This document shows positions 1-9,405 of a stretch of DNA of 64,000 nucleotides, one piece after another (position 1 is the first letter of the stretch; each line of letters begins with the position of its first letter). The notes beneath the pieces were generated by a model. That model did no database searches, was not told the DNA's origin, and worked only from the letters and a program-made list of their open reading frames with translations. The stretch covers positions 16,703-80,702 of the forward strand of contig JABWBQ010000002.1 of the NCBI GenBank assembly GCA_013360395.1. Reading direction: 5' to 3'. A program made the position numbers and the translations under genes. The DNA comes from Flavobacteriales bacterium. GTDB lineage: Bacteria > Bacteroidota > Bacteroidia > Flavobacteriales_F > PHOS-HE28.

Positions 1-5
1 CGTAC

Positions 6-353
6 ATGGACGAAGCCACGCGCTGCGATCGCATCGCACTGATCCAGGAGGGCCGCATCCTGCAGGTGGACACGCCAGCGGCGATCACGGCGGCCTATCC
101 GGACCGGCTCTTCCAGGTGAAGGGCGGCAGCATGTCGGCCACCCTGCGTGCCTTGAACAAGCTGGACGGGATCATCCGCTGCTACGGCTCCGGCGAGTTC
201 GCGCATGTGGCCGTGCCTGCCACGGCAACCCACATGGAGCAACGGATCAAGGATCACCTGCTCGCACAGGGACTCACGGACGTGGTGGTGCGCCCCGCGA
301 TACCGACCATCGAGGATGTGTTCATCAAGTTCACGCTGGAGAAGAAGGCATGA
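6..353 (+). CDS. ABC transporter ATP-binding protein, C-terminal part (5' end lies outside the window)
   Basis: Open to the window edge. The C-terminal ABC-ATPase-like tail ends 4 nt into the next ATPase gene (350-353 overlap), which is the usual tandem-ATPase arrangement upstream of ABC-2 permeases. Confidence 0.55.
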   Translation: MDEATRCDRIALIQEGRILQVDTPAAITAAYPDRLFQVKGGSMSATLRALNKLDGIIRCYGSGEFAHVAVPATATHMEQRIKDHLLAQGLTDVVVRPAIPTIEDVFIKFTLEKKA

Positions 354-1105
354 GCACCACCGCAACCCCGCATTCGATCGTGGCCGATGGCCTCACCAAG
401 CGCTTCGGCGATTTCGTGGCGGTGGATGCCGTGAGCTTCCGCGTGAACAAGGGCGAGATCTTCGGTTTCCTGGGCGCGAACGGGGCGGGCAAGACCACGG
501 CTATTCGGATGCTCTGCGGGCTGTCCATCCCCACCTCCGGCAAGGGCACGGTGGCGGGCTTCGATGTGTACACGCAGACCGAGCGGATCAAGCGGAACAT
601 CGGTTACATGAGCCAGAAGTTCTCGCTGTACGAGGACCTTTCCGTGACGGAGAACATCGAGTTCTTCGCCGGGATCTACGGGCTGTCGCGCGACCGGATC
701 CGCACCAAGCGCGAGGAGCTCATCGCCAAGCTGGGCCTGGTGCAGGAGGCGGACAAGCTCGTGGGCGCCCTGCCGCTGGGCTGGAAACAGAAGCTCGCCT
801 TCTCCGTGGCCGTGTTCCACCAGCCGCAGATCGTCTTCCTGGATGAGCCCACGGGCGGCGTGGACCCCGTGACGCGGCGCCAGTTCTGGGACCTGATCTA
901 CGAGGCGGCCGACGCGGGCATCACCGTGTTCGTGACCACGCACTACCTGGACGAGGCCGAGTACTGCGACCGCGTGTCGATCATGGTGGACGGGCGGATC
1001 GCCGCCCTGGACACGCCGACGGAACTGAAGAAGCAGTTCGGCACCGGCACCATGGACTCGGTCTTCTACGAACTGGCCCGCGGGGCGAAACGAGGCGGAG
1101 CATAG
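350..1105 (+). CDS. ABC transporter ATP-binding protein
   Basis: Walker A GANGAGKTT. ABC signature region (LSGGWKQKL-like) and Walker B ...IVFLDEPTGGVD. Confidence 0.85.
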   Translation: MSTTATPHSIVADGLTKRFGDFVAVDAVSFRVNKGEIFGFLGANGAGKTTAIRMLCGLSIPTSGKGTVAGFDVYTQTERIKRNIGYMSQKFSLYEDLSVTENIEFFAGIYGLSRDRIRTKREELIAKLGLVQEADKLVGALPLGWKQKLAFSVAVFHQPQIVFLDEPTGGVDPVTRRQFWDLIYEAADAGITVFVTTHYLDEAEYCDRVSIMVDGRIAALDTPTELKKQFGTGTMDSVFYELARGAKRGGA

Positions 1106-1111
1106 CGCACC

Positions 1112-2254
1112 ATGGCAACGCAAGGGAAGAAGAAGCGGTCCGCTCACCTGAGCCACCTCCTGAGCTTCGTGCGCAAGGAGTTCCGCCACATGCTGCGCGA
1201 CCGCAAGACGCTGCTGATCCTCTTCGGCATGCCCGTGGTGCAGGTGCTGTTGTTCGGCTTCGTGCTCAGCAATGAGGTGAAGGAAACACGCATCATCGTG
1301 GTGGACCAGGCGAAGGATGCCGTGTCGCAGGCGCTGATCGAAAAGATCGAGGCCAGCAGCTACTTCACCGTGCTGACCGACTCCCTGCCGCCTACGGGGA
1401 TCACCGATGCGTTCCGCTCGGGGCGGATCAAGGCGGCACTGGTACTGCCCGCGGATCTCCAACGCGACCTGCTGCACGATGGCCGGAACACCGTGCAGAT
1501 CCTCACCGACGCCACGGACATCAACCTGGCCCAGACCATCGAGGGATACCTCACGGCCATCATCACCGACTTCTCCCTCGCCGATGGCATGGCCGCGCCG
1601 TACGTGATCGTGCCGGAGACGCGCATGCTCTACAACCCGGAGCTGCGGGGCGCGCCCAACTTCGTGCCCGGCGTGATGGCCATGGTGCTGCTGCTGGTGT
1701 GCGTGATGATGACCGCCGTGGCCATCGTGAAGGAGAAGGAACTGGGCACCATGGAGGTGCTGCTGGTCTCGCCGATGCGTCCCGCGCTGGTGATCATTTC
1801 GAAAGCGATCCCCTACCTGATCCTCTCCTTCATCAACCTGCTGGCCATCCTGCTGCTGAGCGTTACCGTGCTGGACCTGCCGATCAGGGGCAGCCTGCCG
1901 CTGCTGCTCGCCGAGAGCACGCTCTTCATCACCACCTGCCTCACGCTCGGCATCCTCATCTCCATCGTCACGGCCAGCCAGCAAGCGGCGATGTTCGCCT
2001 CGCTGATCGGGCTGCTGCTGCCCACCATGATGCTGAGCGGCTTCATGTTCCCGATCGAGAACATGCCCCTGCCCTTGCAGGTGCTCTCCAATGCGGCGCC
2101 CTCGCGCTGGTACTATGTGATCGTGAAGGACATCATGATCAAGGGCGCGGGTTTCTCCAGCATCTGGAAAGAAACCGCGGTGCTCTCGGGGATGACGCTG
2201 TTCCTGTTCGCGGTGTGCCTGAAGAAGTTCAACATCAGACTTTCCGAGCGATGA
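1112..2254 (+). CDS. ABC-2 family transporter permease
   Basis: 380 aa. N-terminal cytoplasmic segment, then a large periplasmic loop and a C-terminal cluster of 5-6 TM helices typical of the ABC-2 family. Follows the ATPase genes directly. Confidence 0.8.
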   Translation: MATQGKKKRSAHLSHLLSFVRKEFRHMLRDRKTLLILFGMPVVQVLLFGFVLSNEVKETRIIVVDQAKDAVSQALIEKIEASSYFTVLTDSLPPTGITDAFRSGRIKAALVLPADLQRDLLHDGRNTVQILTDATDINLAQTIEGYLTAIITDFSLADGMAAPYVIVPETRMLYNPELRGAPNFVPGVMAMVLLLVCVMMTAVAIVKEKELGTMEVLLVSPMRPALVIISKAIPYLILSFINLLAILLLSVTVLDLPIRGSLPLLLAESTLFITTCLTLGILISIVTASQQAAMFASLIGLLLPTMMLSGFMFPIENMPLPLQVLSNAAPSRWYYVIVKDIMIKGAGFSSIWKETAVLSGMTLFLFAVCLKKFNIRLSER

Positions 2255-3360
2255 GCGTGTTGCCCGTACTGCTGCGGAAGGAGTTCCGCCAGATATTTAG
2301 GAACAAGTCGATCCTGACCATCTCGCTGGCCGCGCCGATCATGCAGTTCATCGTGCTGCCACTGGCCGCGAACTACGAGTTCAAGAACATCGACCTCGCG
2401 GTGGTGGATAACGATCGCTCCGACCTGTCGCGGCAGATGATCGACCGCATCACGGGCTCGGGCTACTTCCGCCTGGTGGATCACTCCGCCTCGTACGCCC
2501 AGGCGTATGCGTTGATCGAATCCGATGAGGCCGACCTGATCCTGCAGATCCCATCAGGCTTCGAGCGGGACCTCGTTCGTGAAGGCCGAGAAAAAGTGTT
2601 CGTGGCCGTGAACGCGATCAATGGCCTGAAGGCCGGGGTTGGAGGCGCGTACCTCACGGCCATCATCGCCGGGTTCAACCGCTCGGTGGTGCTGGACCTC
2701 ATGCCCACGGCCGCGCCGGCCGGCATCGCGGTGACCTCCTCAGGACTCTTCAATCCCCGGTGGAACTACCAGATCGCCCTCATCCCGGGCATCCTCGCGA
2801 TCCTCGTCACCATGATCGGCGGCATGTTGAGCGCCTTGAACATCGTGAAGGAGAAGGAGACGGGAACGATCGAGCAGATCAACGTCACGCCCATCCGCAA
2901 GCGGGATTTCATCCTGGCCAAATTGATCCCCTTCTGGCTGCTGGCGAACGTGGTCTTCACCATCGGCCTGGTGGTGGCCTACCTGATATACGGCATCGTT
3001 CCTCAGGGCAGTTTGCTGCTGCTGTACGGCTTCATCGGCGTGTACCTGCTGGCGGTGCTGGGCTTCGGGCTGCTGGTCTCCACGTATTGCACCACGCAGC
3101 AGCAGGCGGTGTTCGTGATCTTCTTCTTCCTCATGATCTTCATCCTCATGGGCGGCCTGTTCACGCCGCTGGACAGCATGCCGGACTGGGCGCGTACCGC
3201 CACACGATTCAACCCGCTGACCCACATGATCGAGGTGATGCGGTTGGTGATCCTGAAGGCGAGCACCTTCCGCGACATCCTGCCGAACCTGCTGGCGGTG
3301 GCGGCCATGGCCGTGGTGCTGAACGTGTGGGCCGTGCTGAACTACCGGAAGACGAGTTGA
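2251..3360 (+). CDS. ABC-2 family transporter permease (second copy)
   Basis: In-frame ATG at 2251 forms an ATGA overlap with the stop of the upstream permease (MSVLPVLLRKEFRQIFRNKS...). Same architecture as the 1112-2254 paralog. The ORF-track extension back to 1699 is an artefact. Confidence 0.75.
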   Translation: MSVLPVLLRKEFRQIFRNKSILTISLAAPIMQFIVLPLAANYEFKNIDLAVVDNDRSDLSRQMIDRITGSGYFRLVDHSASYAQAYALIESDEADLILQIPSGFERDLVREGREKVFVAVNAINGLKAGVGGAYLTAIIAGFNRSVVLDLMPTAAPAGIAVTSSGLFNPRWNYQIALIPGILAILVTMIGGMLSALNIVKEKETGTIEQINVTPIRKRDFILAKLIPFWLLANVVFTIGLVVAYLIYGIVPQGSLLLLYGFIGVYLLAVLGFGLLVSTYCTTQQQAVFVIFFFLMIFILMGGLFTPLDSMPDWARTATRFNPLTHMIEVMRLVILKASTFRDILPNLLAVAAMAVVLNVWAVLNYRKTS

Positions 3361-3396
3361 TGAACGGTCGGCGCACCTGCTGACCGGCGGGCGCGG

Positions 3397-3999
3397 ATGA
3401 AAGCGCCGACCGATCTTCGCGCTGCCATGAGCAACAAGGCGGCCAAGAGCAAGGCGGTGGAACTGCTGGGCTTCGGCATACCCAAGCAGCAGGTGTTCGA
3501 CAACCTGCGGATGGAGTTCCCCGAGGTGAAGCCGGGGAAGCTGGCCGAATGGCTGCGTTACATGCCCACCTCGTATGCACGTGAGAAGTACCGCACCTTG
3601 CACCTCGCCCTGCTGGCGATCATCGTGCTCTCCGCCGTACTGCGTATCCTGCGGCAGGTCTTCAGCAGCGGGGTCCACCTGGATCAAGCGACGGCCTACC
3701 TGAGCCTGATCCCCATTGCCACATTGCTCATGGGGTGGAGCCTCTACCGCTGGCAGGGGCAGGTGTTCGAGTGGGTGGGCTGGGGCAACGTAGTGGGCGT
3801 GTTCGGGTTGATGCGCGATCTGAGCCTTTTCGTGAAGGATGGCGGCGATCCGTGGACCATATCCGGTAGGCTCTTGAGCATTTCCACTGGAGCGATCGCG
3901 CTGTACCTGGCGCACAAGGTCTTCGCCAAACCGAAAGTGGATAAGGACCCGATGACCGGGGAGAAGCGCTACGTGTTCCGGGATGAGGCGCTGGTCTAA
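3397..3999 (+). CDS. hypothetical membrane protein
   Basis: 200 aa with a positively charged N-terminus, then 3-4 hydrophobic helices. No recognisable motif. Confidence 0.4.
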   Translation: MKAPTDLRAAMSNKAAKSKAVELLGFGIPKQQVFDNLRMEFPEVKPGKLAEWLRYMPTSYAREKYRTLHLALLAIIVLSAVLRILRQVFSSGVHLDQATAYLSLIPIATLLMGWSLYRWQGQVFEWVGWGNVVGVFGLMRDLSLFVKDGGDPWTISGRLLSISTGAIALYLAHKVFAKPKVDKDPMTGEKRYVFRDEALV

Positions 4000-4120
4000 C
4001 GGGAACTTGGAACCAAGGGAAGGACATGGCTTCGAGGCCACGGCAGCCCCCGACAGAGCAGTCAGCATGACAGAAAACGCCGTAGTGCGGCGATTAAACC
4101 CGATACGGAAGTCCCACCGC

Positions 4121-5365
4121 TCAATGCGGTAGAAAGAAGCCCCAGTATGCGCACCCGGCCAGTGCGGGAAGCAAGAGGGCCAGCGCCGGCAGTAGCGGCC
4201 AGCGCTTGCTCCGATACCGATGCGCTCGAAGGATCAGTACCACCGCCACCACGAGCAGGAAATACGGCAGCGAGGCCAGCGCGGGATGCACATCGCCCAG
4301 GCCGAAGTAGAAGACCTTTTCCAGCGTGAGTAGCACGGCCACCAGCCCCACCAAGGTCACCAGCCCGAGACCGGCCACCACCAACGGCCAACTCGTACGC
4401 ACCGGCAGCCTACGGATCCGACGCAGCCCGTTCATGAGCACCCACACGCCGAGGATGAGGCCCCACAGCACAGCCGCCACGCCACAGGCCATCAACCCTT
4501 GGAACAGCCAGCGTTGGTGGAAGGGCGTGCGGTACGCCTGCAGCGCTTGGTAGGCCTTGTTCGGGGGGAAGAGTGCAGGCAGGTCCAGCGTGTGCGCGCC
4601 CTTTCGCAGCTCCGCGTGCAGATCGAAGGTGATCCGGTGTTCGTAGTCGTGATAGAAAGCCAGGTGCACGAGGCCGCTGTCAGGTTCGAAGAGCGTGCTG
4701 AAGAAGGTGCCGTTCCCCAGGAACTTCCGGCAGGACTTCATGCCTTCCAACACGGACCACGCGCCGTCCACCGTAGGCGCAACACCCGCCTCGAGGAGCG
4801 TACGACCTTGTTGCAGGCGCGGAATGGGAATGGCGTCCATGTCCGTATCGCGTGCCAGCCGCCAGTTGCCCACCGCGAAGTACGGCTCGTCGCCCAGCAG
4901 GATGGTGTCGTTCTGCACCACCGCGTAACGGCCCTGCGCATCTGCCAGGAAGATCATGCTCTGATGCAGGAGGATCCGGTCATGTTTCCGCAGGAAGGCC
5001 ACCGCTTCCGGAACGTCGTGGCACTGCTCCAGCATGCGGTTGGTCAGCGCATTGAACTCAAGCGGCGGCTTGCCCGGCGAAGGCGCTACGTCCATCGGCT
5101 GGACCGTGAGCCCGTCGAACACGAGTCCGACCTCGTTCATGCCCAGTTGGTCCGTCCAGGGCAGGTATGGATGCCCCCGCCAACTGCTGAAGTACACTGC
5201 GCCGAGCCGGCCAGCCTCGCCGGGCACGAAGCGCACGCGGCCTTCCACACACCACGAGTCCTCGTTGTTGCCCACGAAGGTCCGCCCCCCATTGTGGAGG
5301 ATGAAGGCGGTGCAGGCCGGGGCCCACAACGGAAGCAGCATGGCGAGGAAGGCGAACAGGCGCAT
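4121..5365 (-). CDS. choloylglycine hydrolase / linear amide C-N hydrolase family (Ntn hydrolase) with a C-terminal polytopic membrane extension
   Basis: Signal peptide MRLFAFLAMLLPLWAPA followed by CTAFILHNGGRTFVGNNED (N-terminal Cys nucleophile plus Thr, typical of the bile salt hydrolase/penicillin V acylase family). The last ~130 aa form several hydrophobic helices. The start is set at the internal Met (ORF track starts at 5413). Confidence 0.55.
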   Translation of the reverse strand: MRLFAFLAMLLPLWAPACTAFILHNGGRTFVGNNEDSWCVEGRVRFVPGEAGRLGAVYFSSWRGHPYLPWTDQLGMNEVGLVFDGLTVQPMDVAPSPGKPPLEFNALTNRMLEQCHDVPEAVAFLRKHDRILLHQSMIFLADAQGRYAVVQNDTILLGDEPYFAVGNWRLARDTDMDAIPIPRLQQGRTLLEAGVAPTVDGAWSVLEGMKSCRKFLGNGTFFSTLFEPDSGLVHLAFYHDYEHRITFDLHAELRKGAHTLDLPALFPPNKAYQALQAYRTPFHQRWLFQGLMACGVAAVLWGLILGVWVLMNGLRRIRRLPVRTSWPLVVAGLGLVTLVGLVAVLLTLEKVFYFGLGDVHPALASLPYFLLVVAVVLILRAHRYRSKRWPLLPALALLLPALAGCAYWGFFLPH

Positions 5366-5452
5366 ACCGAATGAATGTGATGAAGAGCGAACGTAACGCT
5401 GAACCGACCCCATGCGATCGGGGCTTCTGATCCGGCATGTGATCGCGCCGTG

Positions 5453-6304
5453 CTACTCCTTCACCCACGTTGTGCCGGTCAACCTGCCGGAACCATCGCG
5501 GACGCTGATGCGGTACAGCCCGGCCGGAAGTGCTTCCGTGGATACCAACGGGCGGGGATCGGTGGTGCGCTGTTGAAGCACCACGCGGCAGGTGGCATCG
5601 AGGAGGGTGATGGTGTGCGGGCCGGGCGGGAGGGAAAGCGAGAAGTGGGTGGTGCCGGGGTTGGGGAAGACATGGATGCGTGTGGAGGGATCCTGCTCTC
5701 CCACACCGGTCGATCCGGAGAACGCGAGATCGTCCACCTTGACAAAGCTGCCGGGCACGGGCGCTAGGAAGTTGGTGCTGGAGACGATCTGGATGAAGGC
5801 GGTGTCCGGGATGCCGGTGCCGAGGTAGTCGAGGGGAACGGAGAATGCCTGCCAGGTGGCCAGTGTACCCGTCACTTCCAATGAGCCGAATGCGATGAGG
5901 TCGGTACTGGACGTTACGCTGTTCCACTTGCTGAGCGCCACCTGGACCTGGGCGGTGTCGAAGGGTTGGATGCCGTATTGCCACTGGCCGGTGAGCATGG
6001 CGGGGCGTTGGGCATAGGGGAAGCCGGCATGGCTGGAGGATGTGCCGACCGAGAGCCAACCTTGGATCGCCATGACGCCGCCCGGGGATTGGCGCGTGGT
6101 GATCACGGCATGGAAGCCGCCGGGGTGGCCCGGTGTGCCTTGTTCCACCGTGGGGCCACCGACCGTGGGGATCTCGTTGTAGGTGAGCCAGCCCATCGGG
6201 TCCAGGTATGATCCTTGATCCACCCACGTTTCGAAGCCACCGTTGGGGATCTGAGCGGTGGCCAGCAGGGGGAGCAAGGCCAGGGGGAGGAGGGCTGTGC
6301 GCAT
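5453..6304 (-). CDS. secreted protein with T9SS C-terminal sorting domain
   Basis: Signal peptide MRTALLPLALLPLLATAQ. The C-terminus ...VFPNPGTTHFSLSLP...ITLLDATCRVV...LPAGLYRISV...TTWVKE fits the type-A Por/T9SS CTD. Confidence 0.65.
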   Translation of the reverse strand: MRTALLPLALLPLLATAQIPNGGFETWVDQGSYLDPMGWLTYNEIPTVGGPTVEQGTPGHPGGFHAVITTRQSPGGVMAIQGWLSVGTSSSHAGFPYAQRPAMLTGQWQYGIQPFDTAQVQVALSKWNSVTSSTDLIAFGSLEVTGTLATWQAFSVPLDYLGTGIPDTAFIQIVSSTNFLAPVPGSFVKVDDLAFSGSTGVGEQDPSTRIHVFPNPGTTHFSLSLPPGPHTITLLDATCRVVLQQRTTDPRPLVSTEALPAGLYRISVRDGSGRLTGTTWVKE

Positions 6305-6421
6305 GATGAACGAATGTACGGGCCGGACGCGGATGAGGGGATGCTACCTTGGCCAACTCGATGAACGTAAGCCTCATGTTCCTCGTTCCGCAGTGGTCCG
6401 TCGGTTCCGTAACTTTCGACC

Positions 6422-6649
6422 ATGGCATCAAAGACCAAAACGGCCCGCAATCCTCGTAAGGCAGCCAAAGCGCCGCTCACGAGCAAGACCCTGCGTCGCG
6501 TGTCTACCACAGCCACCAAGTCCGCGAGCCGTTCTGCTTTCGATCACGTGGATGAACTGCTGGTGGTGAAGGAAGGCTGGCTGGTGAAGGTGGACAAGTC
6601 CGGCAAGGTGACCAAGCGGGTGAAGCGGATCAAGCTTCCTGCTGCCTGA
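6422..6649 (+). CDS. small Lys/Arg-rich hypothetical protein (candidate partner/antitoxin of the downstream P-loop kinase)
   Basis: 75 aa ending 7 bp before the zeta-like kinase gene. Basic N-terminus. No recognisable domain. Confidence 0.3.
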   Translation: MASKTKTARNPRKAAKAPLTSKTLRRVSTTATKSASRSAFDHVDELLVVKEGWLVKVDKSGKVTKRVKRIKLPAA

Positions 6650-6655
6650 ACGGCC

Positions 6656-7483
6656 ATGGCGCGATCGCTGCGCTTGCGGATGTTCGCTGGGCCGAACGGG
6701 TCCGGAAAGACGACCATCATCAATGCGGTACGCAAGGCCCGGGTGAACGGCCGTCCCGTGGATCTGGGTGCGTACATCAACGCGGATGACATTGCGAAGG
6801 CCCTCGGCAAGGGCTACGACCTTGCGCCCTTCGAGCTTGAACTTGATGCCGAACGCTTCCTGGCCTTTGCGGCCGCTTCCGGTCTGTTGGACAAGGAGTT
6901 CATGCTGAAGGACCTGGAGCATGGCGTGGTCTGGACCAGCGATCGCGTACGTTCCAAACCTTCACTGCCAAAGGACCGTGTGGCCCAGCTGATCGCGCAG
7001 TTCCTGTACGATGAGCTGCTCACTGCGAAGCGCAAGTTCTCGCTCGAGACGGTGTTCAGTCACCCGAACAAGTTGGAACTGATGAAGCGGGCCAAAGCAA
7101 TGGGCTACAAGGTGTACCTCTACTTCATTTCCACGGAAGATCCTGCGATCAACGTCCAACGGGTGAAGGATATCCGCGTGAAACAGGGTGGCCATGATGT
7201 GCCGAAGGACAAGATCATCAGCCGCTACCATCGGACCATGGCGAATCTGCCGGAAGCGCTATCGATCGCCTACCATGCCTACCTATGGGACAACTCGAAG
7301 CACGGTTCTGCCCAGTTGTTCTGCGAGATGAAGCGGACGGATGACGGTACGCTCTGGGACATCGATCCCACGTTGGTGCCGATCTGGTTCCTGCCCTACT
7401 TGTTGGAGCTCCCGGAGGCGGGAGATCTTTCTCATGTGTATTGGAAGGCGATGGAGCGATTCAGGGATCCTTCAGGGGAGTGA
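6656..7483 (+). CDS. zeta-toxin-like P-loop kinase / AAA family ATPase
   Basis: N-terminal Walker A FAGPNGSGKTTI, size ~275 aa, with acidic residues placed as in zeta/PezT-type UNAG kinases. GC is lower than the flanks. Confidence 0.5.
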   Translation: MARSLRLRMFAGPNGSGKTTIINAVRKARVNGRPVDLGAYINADDIAKALGKGYDLAPFELELDAERFLAFAAASGLLDKEFMLKDLEHGVVWTSDRVRSKPSLPKDRVAQLIAQFLYDELLTAKRKFSLETVFSHPNKLELMKRAKAMGYKVYLYFISTEDPAINVQRVKDIRVKQGGHDVPKDKIISRYHRTMANLPEALSIAYHAYLWDNSKHGSAQLFCEMKRTDDGTLWDIDPTLVPIWFLPYLLELPEAGDLSHVYWKAMERFRDPSGE

Positions 7484-7881
7484 GCGTTCCATACGGGATC
7501 TCCGCCAGGGATGGCAGCGGCAGCCCGGTGAAGGACCGGGCCAACAGCACCGTGGAGCGAGCAGGCCCGACGGTAGGAGGGACCCCGCAGCCCCGGTGAC
7601 GCCGGCCCGGGCCAGGCCACCACAGCGGACAGCCCGCCCGGGCGGCCTGATCAACTCATACTTTCATTCGCTCGCCATTGGATCCCCTACCTTGTACGAG
7701 ACGGAGATCCTGGAAGTGACCGGCATGGGGCCGGTAACGAACTCCTTGCAGGGTCGTGGGGAAGGCGTGGCATGAGCCGTGGAGGACGGGATCGTGAGGC
7801 GGTGCTCACCATAGTGCAACGGATCGGACTTTGCGCGTGGACGAGCGTGATGTCCTGCGAACTTGCTGATCGAACGACGAT

Positions 7882-9405
7882 ATGAACAACTCGGATGGAA
7901 TGAGAATGCTCTTGGTGTTCATGACCGCTTCAGCGCTGGTGGTCCAGGCCCAACCCGAACTGCCGTTGCTTTGGGAGCACCGCTTCCCCGAGCCTACATT
8001 CATGACCGGCTACGGTGACGTGGCCGTGGGCATGGCGGTGCGGAATGACAGTTTGCTGGTGGGCCACAGCTGGGAGAACATTTCCCAGAGCAGCCTGATC
8101 CACGCCGCAACAGGCGATCCGGTCTGGTCCCTATCGTCGGGCGATACCGTGTACCACCAGGGCGGGCGGAGTTTTTTCGGGAATGCGATGATCGGTGCCG
8201 AGCGTGTGGCATCCGGCGCTGGGATCGGTGTCCGCACGCGGTTGTACGACCTGGATGGCACGGTGCCTTGGACCGTGGATGCCGGGCTGCAGAACGTGGC
8301 ACGGATGTGCGGTCCGCTGGTCAATGGCGCGGGCGACTCCGCCTTCGTGCTGGCCTACCAGAATGGAACACTGCACGGCTTCCGCTACGATCACGCGGGT
8401 GGCACGGGGAGCTGGCAGCTCCCCACCGGCCATCCTTGGCGCGAATTCTCCGCCAACTTCAACGCAGCGGGCCATCTGTTGGTCACGGCCATGGTGGACC
8501 ATCCCGGAGCGTTCACGGACGTGCCTCGGCTTGTCGTTCTCAACAGCGTGGATGGCAGCGTGGAATGGTCTGCCTACCTGGAGGATACCACCGGCTTCGT
8601 GGTCAATTCGCCCGCCATGACCGTACCATGGGCCGGCGATACCATGCTCACGGTGCATACCACTTATGCGGGCAAGGTGCTGATGCGGATGACCGAGGCC
8701 ACCACCGGGCAGAGCGTGTGGTCCTTCGAGGACAGCCTGAGCCTTTCGCCATACCTGGCCTCCGTGGCCGTGGTACCGTCCCAGGGCAGCATTTTGGTGG
8801 CGTTGGACCGCGGTTCCGTGATCGCCTACTCCAGGAGCAACGGGCGCGTTTGGATGGACACGCTGAACCTGACGTCCGCGTACCCGAACACGCGGATCCT
8901 GGCGAATGAGGACCATGTGGTGCTGGTATCGCCAGCAGACCGCCACCTCGACCAAGGCCAGGATGTGATGATCCGTGCGCTGGACCCGACCACCGGCACA
9001 GTGCTCGGGGAGGCTTGGGTGAACGACATCGCGGATACGCACGATATGCCGGAGGATGCGCTGCTGAACGGAAGCATGCTCCACCTGATCTCGGCGGCCA
9101 CACACGACACGTTGAACATCCTCTTCGAGAGCACCACCCTCCTGGTCTCCACCTTCGATCTCTCCGTTACGACGGGTGTTCACGGGCATGCGGAAGTGCC
9201 GGCACTCGTGCAAGGGATCATCTCGGCCGGCAGCATCCAGGATCGACTGGGTACGCACGTGAAGCACTGGAAGGCCTTCGACAGGCACGGGCGGCTGTTG
9301 GCCACGGGCGATGGCGGGCGGATGGATGCCTGGTACACCACGGCTGCTTCGGGCATGTATACGTTGGTGGCGGGAAAGGAACGGTTGGTCTTCCTGAAAC
9401 CCTGA
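7882..9405 (+). CDS. secreted hypothetical protein (probable beta-propeller); paralog of 48403-49938
   Basis: Signal peptide MRMLLVFMTASALVVQAQ. Shares motifs with the second copy: LQWQHRF / GHSWEN / GGRSFFGN / LLDPATG / WVND..THD / C-terminal ..DAWY.....Y.L.AG...L.F..P. Confidence 0.6.
   Translation: MNNSDGMRMLLVFMTASALVVQAQPELPLLWEHRFPEPTFMTGYGDVAVGMAVRNDSLLVGHSWENISQSSLIHAATGDPVWSLSSGDTVYHQGGRSFFGNAMIGAERVASGAGIGVRTRLYDLDGTVPWTVDAGLQNVARMCGPLVNGAGDSAFVLAYQNGTLHGFRYDHAGGTGSWQLPTGHPWREFSANFNAAGHLLVTAMVDHPGAFTDVPRLVVLNSVDGSVEWSAYLEDTTGFVVNSPAMTVPWAGDTMLTVHTTYAGKVLMRMTEATTGQSVWSFEDSLSLSPYLASVAVVPSQGSILVALDRGSVIAYSRSNGRVWMDTLNLTSAYPNTRILANEDHVVLVSPADRHLDQGQDVMIRALDPTTGTVLGEAWVNDIADTHDMPEDALLNGSMLHLISAATHDTLNILFESTTLLVSTFDLSVTTGVHGHAEVPALVQGIISAGSIQDRLGTHVKHWKAFDRHGRLLATGDGGRMDAWYTTAASGMYTLVAGKERLVFLKP

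Noticed and set aside
254-1984. 576-aa minus-strand ORF
   Set aside because: Entirely antisense to the ABC ATPase and permease genes that carry clear Walker/ABC-2 signatures. Low-complexity Gly/Arg/His/Asp-rich translation typical of high-GC antisense frames.
2740-4068. 442-aa minus-strand ORF and overlapping plus-strand ORFs (1699-3360 extension, 2760-3383)
   Set aside because: Antisense or out-of-frame to the second ABC-2 permease and the 3397-3999 membrane protein. Arg/His/Gly-rich composition with no motifs. The 1699 start is an artefactual extension of the permease frame through the upstream gene.
5058-6431. 457-aa minus-strand ORF
   Set aside because: Overlaps the T9SS protein gene in another frame. 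Pro/Arg/His-rich low complexity. The T9SS protein has a signal peptide and CTD.
7483-7881. Possible second cobalamin riboswitch
   Set aside because: It has GGUGAAGGACC and GCCACCACAG-like pieces but lacks the GGGAA, B12-box GCCACUG and GCCAGGAGACCUG elements in order. Not called as a riboswitch (kept only as a low-interest structured-leader observation).
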